Both the position numbers and the translations under genes were made by a program. From the NCBI GenBank assembly GCA_028534125.1, contig CM052818.1, positions 34,474,001-34,538,000 on the forward strand: a stretch of 64,000 nt of DNA, given 5' to 3'. Origin of the DNA: Lama glama (lineage: Eukaryota). Position 1 is the stretch's first letter; each line of letters opens with the position of its first letter. Below the pieces are notes generated by a model. The model did not search any database and was not told where the DNA came from. It worked only from the letters and a program-made list of their open reading frames with translations. This document shows positions 11,197-22,627 of this stretch, in pieces.

Positions 11197-12173
11197 TGTC
11201 TCCCTGCCCCTCTCTCCTAGGCAGGCTGTGCTCTGTGAGCCAAGATGGAGGTGCAGGCCTTCCCAGGCCCACAACACTGTCCCACAGCTCCTCAGAGTCT
11301 GACGGCATCCACCTGGTCCTCTCCCAGGGGAGGCTGCCTTCTCGTACAGTTCTCCACCCGGGGACCAGGAGGCATCTGTGTCCTTGAAATCAGGCCTGGA
11401 GGGATGTTTGCAAGGGAGCTGAGGGGGAAAGTGAGCTGAGGAGCAGCTCAGCCTCCCCTGAGGTGGGGGAGCGCCTGTGTGCCTGTGCTCCGCCGGGACG
11501 TGTCTGACCAGATCCAGGGAAGGCTTTATGAGCCGGAGGAGCAGAATAGGAACAACGGGGTTGTGGGCAGCCCCTCTCCACCCCCCATCTGCCTCTCTTT
11601 CCCAGAGGGCAGGTGGGGTCCACTCCGGGGCTGGGGCTGACTAGGGCACACCCTAGAGGGCGCTGTAGAGCAGGGCGGTGTCAGGTGGGCACTGGGATCC
11701 CGGTGGGCAGGTATGATTGAGAGGAGACTGGGGGCTGGAGCCGGGGTGGGGCTTAGCAGCCGTCAGCGCATGCTGTTCATCCTGTGGGTGAACCTTGGGG
11801 CTTTTGCTCAGAGGGAGGTAAGCCAGGGTCCGCAGAGGGAGAGGCTACTGGGTAGAGGTGAGGGCGGGAACATCCCCAAAGGCCCCTCGCTCTCGCTCTC
11901 CCGGTAGCAGCGGGAGCAGGGAAAGAGCCACGGGGGTCCCTGGAGTAGGGAGAGAGCAGGGAAGCAGAGTGCTGGGCCCCTCCATACTCCTCCAGCCAGA
12001 CTCACCGGGTTCCCTGCTGGCTTTGGGACTCTGAAAAAGCAAATAGAGGCGCTCTGGAGGGTGAGAGGTCTCCCCTGGCCTCCAGCCATCACTTCCTCCC
12101 CATGCTGTGGGAGCGGGGGTGGGGGGGCACCAAGAGGGGGAAAGCTGGCAGAAGCCCCGCCTGGGCGGCCCAC

Positions 12174-12447
12174 CTGGTAGAAGTGAGTGAGCTCGGCTGA
12201 GCGGGTACTGTCCAGGTTGAAGCGGGTGTAGCTGGGCATGTGCAGCCAGCGGTTCCAGGTGTGGGAGCAGTGACTCTGCACTAGGTCGGGGTTTGGGGAG
12301 AACATGGTCGGGAAGTGGCCACCCTTGCTGAAGGGAGTGTGGTTCTTCTCCAAGGCTGCGTTGCGCTGGTCCTGGAAGTACTTGAGGGTAGCGGTGCCAT
12401 AGGGGGAGCCGAAGGAGAAGGCCACACCAGGAACATGGCCTTGGTAC
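12174..12447 (-). CDS. FAM166C: FAM166C/CIMIP2C exon 2 (274 bp); (G)YQGHVPGVAFSFGSPYGTATLKYFQDQRNAALEKNHTPFSKGGHFPTMFSPNPDLVQSHCSHTWNRWLHMPSYTRFNLDSTRSAELTHFYQ
   Basis: cccAG acceptor and CAG|GTGGGC donor on minus. Completes the PGYxGHVP...FG.PYG motif typical of FAM166 microtubule inner proteins. Confidence 0.95.
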
Positions 12448-13979
12448 CTGGGAGAGCAGGGTTGGGGGAGGGAGACATGGGTGGAGGGCTCCAGGCTGGT
12501 TCCAGTTCCAAGACAGGACCTTAAAGACTAGGGGTGACATCAGGGGGCCCCACTGGTCATCTCTGGGCCTCAAGAAGCTTCCTAAGGTGCACTGCCCAGC
12601 TCAAGTCTCTGGGGAGGACAAGTGCCAGAGACCTGGTCCTCTGCCTCCCCACAGAGGTCTCTGCCCAGACCTCTACGACATCACCTCCCAGCCCAGGCGC
12701 TCACACAGGGAACAGGACACCTAGGGACCAGGACACCTGGGTGCCAGTCCTGACCCCCTCAGCGAGCTGTAGGCAAATCACTGTCCCTCACTGGCCCTCC
12801 ATTGACTGAGGGGCTGGCCTGAGGATACAGGGACCTCCTGCAGCTCTGACATTCTGTGATGACCTCATGAAGGGGCAGGGGACACAGTGACACATGATGA
12901 GTGTCAGCTCTGGTGTGGCCAAGCCCTGGGTTCAGAGTGCCGCAGCCCCGCTCTCAGCAAGACGGCCTCCCAAGGCGCTGCCCAACAAGCCTGGAGAGCT
13001 CGCCCAGGGCTCTGGAGCTGTGAGCGCTTTATAAGGAGCTCCATCACCCTCTGCAACCAGGGAAGGGGCTGGTGAGAGGGCCAGCAGCAGGGCGAGCGCA
13101 GACCCCGGGACACACAGCACAGCCAACACGTGCTCTCAAGACCCCCAGTTATAAGGTTCACGCAGAGAGAACCAAGACTTGTGTCGGCAGAGGGAGGGAA
13201 GAGGAGGGGAGGGGAGCGTTGGTGACATCAAAGAGCTCGGGCACCAGACTTTGGACAAACAGCAGGAGATGGAAGCTCCGCCGTCAGCACAGCCTCCGTG
13301 GGCTCCCCAGCCTCTGAAACCTGGCCCTGCCCCCGGGTTGCCACGAGGTCGCCAGTGGCCTCTCTGCAGCGGTGGGCACTGTTCATCTCTCTCATCCTGA
13401 AATACCACTCTCTGCTCCTTATTTTCTGTTGGTTCTCACCCATACCTCTGGCCTTTCCTTCTCAGTCTCCTCCTGATGCCCCCTATCAGCCCACTCCCTC
13501 TGGGGTCTGTCCTGGGCCCACCTGTTCTCCCTGGTGATGGCATCCAGGCGGTGGCCTTAAACTTCACCTGTGTGTGGATGAGCCTCGATCTACATCTCCA
13601 GCCTAGAAGTTCCCTCCAAGCTTCAAACTCCTGTAAACAGTGCACATTAAATGTCCCTGGGCCTTATCCCCCACCTCCACATTCCAGACCCCTGGAATCC
13701 TGCAGCATCCGAGGCTGCCCAGGGGCCAGAGTGGTGAGCAATGGGGCTGCAGAGTGGGCGGCGGCGGGGAGAGACCCTCCACTGCACTAGGGTCTTTCTC
13801 CAGCCTCTCCTCTCTCATTCCTTGGTCTCTGTCTGCCCTGAATTCTATGACCCTGGTGGTCCTAACCCCCTCCCTCCTGCCTCAGTGCCCTTCCTGCATT
13901 CCTTGCTGGTGGCCACATTTCCTGCCCTGGAAAGATGTGGGGTTGGTGAGTGCCTGTGAGCCCGTGGGGTCACCTTGGC

Positions 13980-14450
13980 CACTTCCAGGATGGAGCCCTC
14001 CTCTTTGCCATGGCTTGTCCCTGCCCTGGTCTGGAGATCCCTCCTCCTGCCTTGCCAAGGTCTCACTCACTCCCCCAACCCATTCCTCCCCATTTCTCTC
14101 AGCTTCCGTCCCTCCTGCTACCCGTCTGTGATCTCACCTCCCCTTTAGCGTCTTCCCTTCTGCCTGCAAACATGCAACACCTTTCCTTGATTCCCAAATC
14201 CAAACGGGACCTTGCTGCTTTCTTATCCACTACCCTTTCTCTTCCTTTATTTCTGAATGTCTCCAGGGAATCCTCTGTACTTCCTGCCTTCGCTTCTTCT
14301 ACTCCTACGCTTTCCTGGACTTCCCTCTGTCTGACTTCTGACCCATCACTTAAGTGTGGGCTGGTGCTTTCTCATTAAGGTCATATAAGATCATCCAGTT
14401 GCCAAATCCAATGTCCTTGACCCCCACTGTCTCTGTAACATTCACACTGA
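13980..14450 (+). mobile_element. L2 LINE fragment
   Basis: Pyrimidine-rich L2-like text (ttcccttctgcctgcaaacatgc, aaggtca...tccagttgccaaatccaatg). Boundaries approximate. Confidence 0.55.
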
Positions 14451-14899
14451 GGAAGAAACGTAACGGAAGTGGTAGAAGCAGGGCCCCTGGGAGTTGGTGC
14501 TGTGTATGAAATGTAATGAGACGGTCAGTTCAGTCATCGCAAGTCAAAGACAAGCGGTGAGGGTGCTTCTTCCTTCCTCCCAACGAGTCCTTCCACGCTG
14601 GGGGCGGTCCCTCCAAGTGTCTCCAGCCCCCACGTGCTCGTCCACATTGATGGTGGAGGACCATCTGCCTGGTGAGGTGAAGCCCACTCTTCCCTCCCTT
14701 TTGCTTGGAAGCAAGGAAGCCCACCCTGCTCCTCCACATCCTGTTCTGAGGGGACACACTCTGCCCTTCGAGGGGAAAGCCCGCCCCAGCCCAGCTCTGG
14801 TGGCTCCTTCGGGGTTTCAACGTCAGCGCCATTCTCCAAGACCACTTGCCTTCTTTTATCTCACTTCTCAAGTGGTTCAGAACACAGGAAATGAAACAG

Positions 14900-15790
14900 G
14901 TGCTGGTCACCAGGTGTTGTCAAACCCCAACAGAGATAATGACGTGACAGAGGGAAAACTAAAGAAAGATGGCCTAGAACATTCTGCAGGGAAAAGAGCA
15001 TGCATGACCCAAGAACATTGGACCAGCCAGTGTGGTCATTCAGGTATAAAGGCAGCTGCACCAAAGAACTCAGGAAATAAAGGGCCCAAAGCCGTTCTTG
15101 AAAGCAGTGTTCAGTGATGAAATCCTGCCAGCTAAGAGACGATCAAAAGAAAAAACTACCAGTCATGTAGAACATCTTCACAGCTATTTAAGTGCAGAAG
15201 TTGGAATAGCTACTAGGTGAAGGCTGGTTGCAGAAAAGAATGCAAATGTTATAAAACCTGTCAAAGGAAAAAGTAATTTAAGCAGCAAAAATTGGGGGGT
15301 GGGTGGAGGGGGAGCTGGAAGTGCACTTAGAATTTCTAAAGCAGAGTCAACCCCTGGCATCTAAAATTGAAACACTTTGGTAAAAATAACAGAATAATTA
15401 CTCTAACCCCTTAATAGTTTTAATTCTCTCTTCCTCTCCCTCTCTGTCAGAGAGGCCTTTTAGAAGCTAAGACGTCTTGTGATGAATTAGCATTTATCTA
15501 GAGTCTAGCTCTTTTTCTGTTCTGCTTCAGTATCTTTCTCTTCAGTTAGGTTTGAGTAGGATTAAATTTCATGCTTTTCATTTTAAAATAGTAAACATGG
15601 TATGATCATATTTTTATAAAATTGTTTTGTCTATCTTTCTGTCCATCGATCCATTCACCCATCCATCTAGTCTTCTATCTGAATAGACACCTAAAAAGAA
15701 ACCAAAAATGAGGTTTAGGCTCATTCTGGGTGCTTGGATTTGGGGTGATTTGTTGCTCCCTTCTTTGCACATGTAATATTTTTTTAGAGA
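14900..15790 (+). mobile_element. Old L1 (L1M-type) 3' fragment(s)
   Basis: A-rich, AT-rich block ending in an L1ME-like 3' tail (tgcttggatttggggtgatttg...atgtaatatttt). Low resolution. Confidence 0.4.
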
Positions 15791-16089
15791 GTCAGATGGC
15801 ATTAGGAGCTACTTTATTGGGAACCTACTGTGTGCTGGCTTGATGTGTGCTGTCAGGAATACAAATCGCTCAGCGCTGCTTCCTCGAGCCTGCCCCTCCT
15901 TCAGTGTTTGAGTCACGGTGTGTGTGCACTGGTGGCCCAGGCTCTCATGCTATTAAACGCCAGGAGGGAAGGCCATTCCCATGGAGGGTCAGGAGGGACT
16001 TTTGGTGGAGCTCCATAAAGGGGTGTCCCTTGGGGGAGGTATTGAGAAGAACCCCTGCTCCTCTTCTGGGTGCTAGTGTTCCCCAGAGT

Positions 16090-16920
16090 CCTCTTCTCTC
16101 TTCAGGGGACCACACCCCCTGGAAGAGCTCATGCATGTTAGACTTCCAACACTGGACACCCAGATCTGTGCCTCCAACCCCACCCCTTCTCCCCGCTACA
16201 GACCCACTCACCCAGCTGTCCACACGGGGCATGCCCAGGCACCAGATTCAGCACGATAGAAATGAGCCTGCTCCTCATTCTGGATTTCCCTGCCCTGGGT
16301 AACGCCATCCCCATCTACCAGAATCCACCAGAAACTCAGCATCACCCTGCCAACCGCCACATCCAGCTTCTCCCTAAGTCCTGCCTTTGCTCCCTGCTTA
16401 GTGACTTTTCCACTGCTCTCCCCTGTCTCACAGCTGCAGGTCCTTCTCTTTGCTCATCTGGTCAGCCTCGCATCTCCTAGCTAGACCCATAGACCAAGTG
16501 TCACCCCCTGCAGCCTGTCATCCACACTAACGCCAGAGCGATCTTTCATCACCAGACCACCACGGCTCACCTCTCTTTTCACTTCCCCGCAGGTGCCCCA
16601 TGCCCCAGAAGTGCTACTCACATCTCTGGGGCCCCACGTGCTCTCCAAGTCTTCACACACATTTCCTCTACCCAGAAGTCTGCATCTCCTCCTGCCCCGT
16701 GGGGCGTCCCACCCTCACTCACAGAGCCAGGCTCTCTGTTGTCTTCCCTGACCACACACCCTCTACCCAGCATCACCTCCTTACAGTAGGATTATGATCC
16801 TTCATCCATACCCAGATCCATATTAGCTCCTCTCCTCTGCTAGTATGTGTTCTCCTTTATCCGCAGCACCTACACACCCCCGACACACAACAAGTGCACC
16901 ATAAATGTTCACTGGAGGAA
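16090..16920 (+). mobile_element. L2 LINE 3' fragment
   Basis: acccagatctgtgcctccaaccc, ccatccccatctacc, tccacactaacgccagagcgatcttt, ending aagtgcaccataaatgttcactg (L2 3' end). Confidence 0.6.
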
Positions 16921-17919
16921 GCAGAAGTCCAGGAGCCCAGGGGCACCATGTCCTGGAACCATGGCTCCCATCTGCAGAGCACGCACCGGCACAGAGCGTC
17001 CCACCCACAGGGGCGGGCGCACCTCAAACAAAGGAGCTATAGAAATGTGCCCGTTTCCTCGTGATCCTTTTTGCCACCCCCAGGCTCTCTGCCACACTCC
17101 TCCTCTGCTCCCTGCTTTCCCGCCTTCTCTGAATGCCAAGATATTTGCATCCCAATAGAAGAGAAGCCCTGTCCTCCGCAATACTCCAAAGGTTCTGCCT
17201 GGATCTGAATTCCACTCAGCACCTGCTGCTCCGGGTGGGGTGCGTGTGTGCACACACACATGCACGTGGTCATGTTTATTCAGCACTAGGCAGACAGCCT
17301 TGGCTAGTAAGTCTATGTCCCCGGACGCACTTGCATCTGTGAGCTGTGAGCATGACTTGTGCAGTTCCATGGTAGAGCCCTGTTTTCTCTGGGCATGGGG
17401 CCAGCCAAGGTAGAGAGAACAGGGGAACGACAGGTTTCACAACGGGGCATCGGATGGTCCTGACCGCGCCTGCCACACCTCCTCCTTGACCCCTTCACCC
17501 ATCCCTGCCCCTCCCCAGCCTGCACACCACACAAGCTTGGAGACGGCGCTCAGCCTGGCCCACGGCAGAAGTCCACTGTGGTTACTGTGCACACAGGGAG
17601 CCCTCCCTTCCTGCTTCTTAATAGCACTGCTTGGCCCCACAGCCAACATTCGAATTAATTACTGTGCTCCATCAGGGATCCCATGAGCGACTTATTAACT
17701 AATTAACTTGCTACTATTCAGCATGTCCTCATTCCGCAAGTCCCTCTTCTCCACACACTTCCTGCTGAGTACGGTTCAGATCAGATCTCTCCCCTGGGCA
17801 CAAACTTTCAAGGGGTCCCCATTGCCCGTGAAATTAAGAACAAATTAGGCCAGGCGCTCAAGGTCCTTCTTGGTGTGAAGCCCTGCTTTCCAGTCTTACC
17901 AACCTCTGTCATATCCCAG

Positions 17920-18553
17920 AGTAACCGAGCAGGACCTGATGGGGCCTTTCCGGGATGGAACCTCCCCACCGTGTCTTCTGCCTGCCTCTCATCAGTAGAA
18001 GAACTTTAGCCTCCGAGGCCTTTCCCTGAGTTCCGAAGAATAAATTTAATCCAGGAAGTGAGAAAATGCAGAAAGAAAGGAAAACAGTCAAGCAAGACAA
18101 ATTAATAATAGTTTAGCCATTAAACAAAGCCAAGGTCCTATAGTTCCTCTTCAAGAACTATAGATAATATTCTGAGCCATGTCCTTTGAGCTGTTTTGCA
18201 GATACTGAAACCCCTGCCAGGTAGAAGAAGTGAACTGTGTGCTGCCCACAAGCATGAAGAACCTGACCAGCTGGAGCGGAAGGCTGATGAGGTTGACTCC
18301 CGATGGCCTCACCACCAACCAATCAGGAGAATGTCCATGAGCCGTCATGACCCCCACAACACCCCCCACCCCCCGTCTATAAAAACCTTTCCCTGAAAGC
18401 CTTTGGAGAGTTTGGATCTTTTGGGCACTAGCTTCCCAGACTCCTTGCTTGGTGCCCTGCAATAAACGCTGCAATTTCCTTCATCACAACATGGTGTCAG
18501 TAGGCTGGCTTTACTGTATGTGGCCGAGCGGACCCAAGTCTGATTCGGTAACA
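17920..18553 (+). mobile_element. Solo LTR, ERV1 (gammaretrovirus-like) class, 634 bp, in FAM166C intron 1
   Basis: Termini aGTAACCGAG...TTCGGTAACA form an imperfect inverted repeat. 4-bp TSD CCAG at 17916-17919 and 18554-18557. CCAAT at 18319, TATAAAA at 18378-18384 and AATAAA at 18461-18466 are in U3-R-U5 order. Confidence 0.88.
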
Positions 18554-19161
18554 CCAGCTGTGCCCTCCAGCCAAATAGGCCATGTGCTGCTTTAGAAGCA
18601 TATCCTGTTGGTACCTGCACCCCATGACTTTCCCCGGGTCATCCCCTCCATCCAAAAGATGTTTCCTCCTCTCCCCACGTTGTGATCTTACCCATCCTTC
18701 AAGGTAGATTTCATCTACCTCCTTTCCCATCAGCCTCTTCTGACCAAGCGCGTCCGCTCCAGTGAACCGTCTTCACTCTCTGTGCCTCTCAGCTCTCAGT
18801 TCACATTCTACTGTGTTGTCATTACCTGGGCAGTATGTTCTTCCTTTCTGAATTATAAGCTCGTGGGGATAGAGGGCTGTCTTCTACTCATACTTACATC
18901 CCTGGCATTCCTGGCACTCAGTACCTGTTCTGGAAATATTTGCTGAATTGAGCTGACACATGGGGACACACTTCTAAGGGCTGATGATTATTCTGGATAG
19001 AAGGATGGTCCCTGTTACAAAGCCCAGGTGTCCAGGGCCTCCGATTTCCTGTTCTTAGGAAGGGTCCCCAGTTCCTCAGGGTTGTGTGAGTGCGTCAGTT
19101 ACCTATCTGGGCACATGGACTCTCCTATATCCTCCTGGGAAGGTGGTCTTTGTTTTGTACC

Positions 19162-19390
19162 CCAGGATGTACTGGCCCGTCTCTCACCCTGAGAGGTGAT
19201 CTGTTGGAATTACTGTACTGTGGTGAGCGGCAACCCATCTCTTCCCAGCTCCGCGTTGTGACGCCAGGTTGATAGCTTGAAATCGACTACAGCAGGAGTA
19301 GTTTTGCCACAGATAATGGGTGAATGCTACAAATCAAGGTTTTTTTCCCTCCAGAGAGCTGGTTGTTAAACATTTACCAGCACACCACTG
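19162..19390 (+). mobile_element. MER63-like hAT DNA transposon fossil
   Basis: tagcttgaaatcg...ggagta...aatgctacaaatcaagg...gagagctggttgttaaacatttaccagcacaccactg matches the recalled MER63 consensus, including its terminal ...CACACCACTG. Confidence 0.75.
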
Positions 19391-22300
19391 AGTGTGCAGA
19401 TCTGTTGTATGAGGATTCTGGGGGAGGGGACAAGGCCACCTCGTGGGACCACCCTTTAACAATGGCAAGTATGAAATGCACTGATACGAGGTTCTTGAGG
19501 CCCCCGAGGCCCAGGCCAGGCTTAGTGTCAGACATGGGCACAGCTGTCACTCCGGACAGATGGAGGGAGGCACTGGGGTAGAAGCCCGTCACACTCATTC
19601 CTGCTGAGAGCCACTGCAGGGAGCTGCAGGCACTGGGGGCAGCAGCAGTCTGGGTATAAATGAATGCACAAGGGCAGGTCGAGTGTTTGGACTGGGAACC
19701 TGGTGAGGTGTGATGGGAGGCAGAGAGCAAGGGGGTGGGTACCACCTGAACCTGTGCCTCTAGCAGGGAGCACAGAGTATCACTGAAGCCAGTCTCATCC
19801 CTTAAGAAGCCTTACCATCCCAGGAGTTCCCGGCTCACTGCAGGGATGGCACACAGGCCAGACAGTGGCAAAGTGTCTGAAGGCGGTGCTGCCCAGAGCA
19901 GCAAAAGACCAAATGGCGCATCCTAGCCAACTAGTCTGAAGGCCAGCATCCTGTCCCCCTTGGTGCTAGAATCAGACCTTGAACACCGTAGGGGTCCAAC
20001 TAATGATAATAGCTAACAGTTGGAGGGATTGAAAAGAGGAGGGGTGCTGAAGTCACAGAGACCTGGCTGGGTGACTTGATGAATGACTTTGGGCAATTTC
20101 TCATCTGGGTTGTTGTAAAGGGTTTTGTTGTTGCTGTTGCTGTTTGTTTGTTTTTAAATTTGTAAAAAGCCCAACACAGTGCCTCGCACATAGTAGATGC
20201 TTATACACGGGGGTTCACGGTGCTACTACAGGGCATCAGGGATCTGGTTCCAGCCCAGCTCTTCCTTCACCAGCCTGGAGCTTAGGCAAGTTCCCCACAG
20301 ACCTTAGTGACCGCATCTGGAAAGGGATGGGAAGGGCTGGACTACATGATTCCCGAGGTCCTTGACACTGTAAATATTCTCTGCCTCTCTGAATACAACT
20401 GGTAAGGGGGATGATTTGAATGTCAGAAGAGACTGGCTGCACTGAAAATCCTGTGATTAATGTTTGAAAAAACATTCAGAAATAATAATTATCCAAGTGT
20501 GGTGAGGAATCTTGGATTCTTTCAGTACGTTAACAAAATTGCCAATGAGGTAGCATTTAGACACATGAGACAACTCAATTCATTCCTTGTTGAAAAGCAT
20601 CTTTAGGGAGAGCATATCCCTCCCAGAAAGATCCAGCCGAAAAAGCAGCACGTACAGGCTCAGCTGCTCAAACTAGACCATCTACGCTTGGAGCCTTATT
20701 TACGATTCACTTGTTGCCACAATTTCTAGAGCAGTCACAGGACAGGGCGCTCAAGGGAACTGCAGACAGGCGGTGTAGCTAGAGAAGCATCCTGGGATTG
20801 CTTCTGAAACTCACAGCTTCCCACCCCCACAACCCCAGACAGAGTTGGGGAACTGTGAGGGGGAGGGTTAGGTTCCAGTTGGAGACTGTGGGGGGCTTAA
20901 GAAAAAATACATCAATGTATAAAATCAAACCTCATGATAAACACCCATAATATGGTGTTAACACCACTATCTACAGCTGCAAAAATGGCTTTGAGCTAAA
21001 CCTTATGTATTTAGACCAGACTGGGAACCCCTGGGGGGAAGCCCCCAACTTGTTTGCCTTAACCCAACATCTGGCACATCCCAAGCACTCAACACATCTT
21101 TATCAAAGGAATGCCTAAACGATTGAAAGAATTAATAGGGAAGTCTTCCGTCCTTTCCTAACACACCTGGCTTGACTTCAGGAAACAACTGTGACCTGGT
21201 AAATCAGCTTTGTCTGATGTGGCCAAAGTAGCTTTCAAACTCTCCCAGATCCAAAGAAAGGCCCTGTCCACAAATGGGCTGGACTAAAACTACAGCACCT
21301 GCCCCTATTTACTGCATTCCCTCTGTGTGCAGAAATAATTTTAATATCACAGCCCCGCAATGTCATGCTTATTCTGCAAGATGATCCAAATGTCATATAA
21401 AATATAGTGTGAGACCTTTTCTTCGTTTCACAGTCTGTTTAGTTTGCAGAAGAGAGCATGTGTTTTTTTCAACCACATGGAGATCCTGCCTGCAAAACTC
21501 TCAAGATATTAACTTCATTCATTCATTCATTCATTCACTCTATACAAATGTGCTGATACTTTGCTGGTATCTCAGAATCCAGCCCCTGCCCTCAGTGCAG
21601 ACATTGATTTTACGTAGGAGAGAGAAGACAATTTACACCCTGGAGGAAGAGGTTAAGAGTGGAAATCTCAGATACTTTGAAAGAAAGGGCCAAAGAATGG
21701 AAAGAAACAATCAGACTTGCATCTTAGATGTTCGGAGTGTGAAAAAATCCAGAGAAACGGAAGGTAGGCTTGGCCCTTCATCCAAAAATGCTAAAGACAG
21801 GGCAGATCTCCCAGCTGGGAGGCTTTCAAAGACAGCGGTTCTGCGAGGATTAAGTGAGATCAGTGGGAGAACCGACCATTAGGTCGGTGGAGAGTGCGCA
21901 CCACTAAATGTTACTGCCGGTCTTGCCTTGTCAGATTCTTCGAGCCCTGCCCGCCCCGGGCGCCCAACCCATCTCCTTCGCTCCTTCAACCAACAGATAC
22001 TAATGTTGCCGGAATCCTGGGTGCCCCGCACTGTGCTGGAGGCCGAAGAGCCCGCTCCTTTCTCGGGGACTCCAAAACCTCTTGTTCCTGCTCGGTGTCT
22101 CCAGACACCAATCCCACAGGCAGTCGCCCCCTTCTCCTCCCGACCCGGACCCCACTCACTGTTACCCCGAGCTGGGGTGCTCCTCACTCGCTAGGGACCC
22201 ACTTCCTACTGAAGGGGATCTGGAGCTCCCCGCCGCGCCCAGCCACTGCCGGCTGAGAGAGCGCAAACCGCCCCACCCCGAGAAGGCCACCTAGGTGGTC

Positions 22301-22464
22301 GGGTGAAAACTTGGCGCCCGGGCCCTTCAACCCCCAAGGCGCAGGGGTAGAGTTTTCGAGGCGAGGCTGGAGGCGGGGTGGGGGGTTGCGGAGGGAGGAG
22401 AGAAGACGTCCCCAGGGGCTCTGACCCCCAGGCTCGGGCGGGGTCTAGTATTCGGAGGTCTTAC

Positions 22465-22538
22465 CCGGGCATGAGGCCAGGAGGCGCGTAGGCGGCATTG
22501 AACTCGGTCAGTAGGGTGCCTGCGCTGCGGGAGGCCAT
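22465..22538 (-). CDS. FAM166C: FAM166C/CIMIP2C exon 1 (74 bp coding); MASRSAGTLLTEFNAAYAPPGLMP(G)
   Basis: Strong Kozak gccgccaccATGG and GG|GTAAG donor. The four exons sum to 606 nt = 201 aa + stop, the same length as recalled human C2orf70. Confidence 0.96.
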
Positions 22539-22599
22539 GGTGGCGGCAGGGAGCGCGCAGCGAGCCCAGGGTGCTCCTACACCACGGTCAATAGCCCGG

Positions 22600-22627
22600 G
22601 TCACCAGGCAACCGTGAGCCTGGCAAC
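22600..22627 (-). promoter_or_regulatory. Tandem RFX X-box elements
   Basis: Minus strand reads GTTGCCAGGCTCAC-G-GTTGCCTGGTGAC. The site at 22600-22612 fits GTNRCC-N(0-3)-RGYAAC, ~60-90 bp upstream of the ATG. Confidence 0.75.

Noticed and set aside
22376..22400. G-rich run near FAM166C exon 1 as a G-quadruplex
   Set aside because: The G-tracts are irregular and expected in any CpG island; nothing specific supports function.
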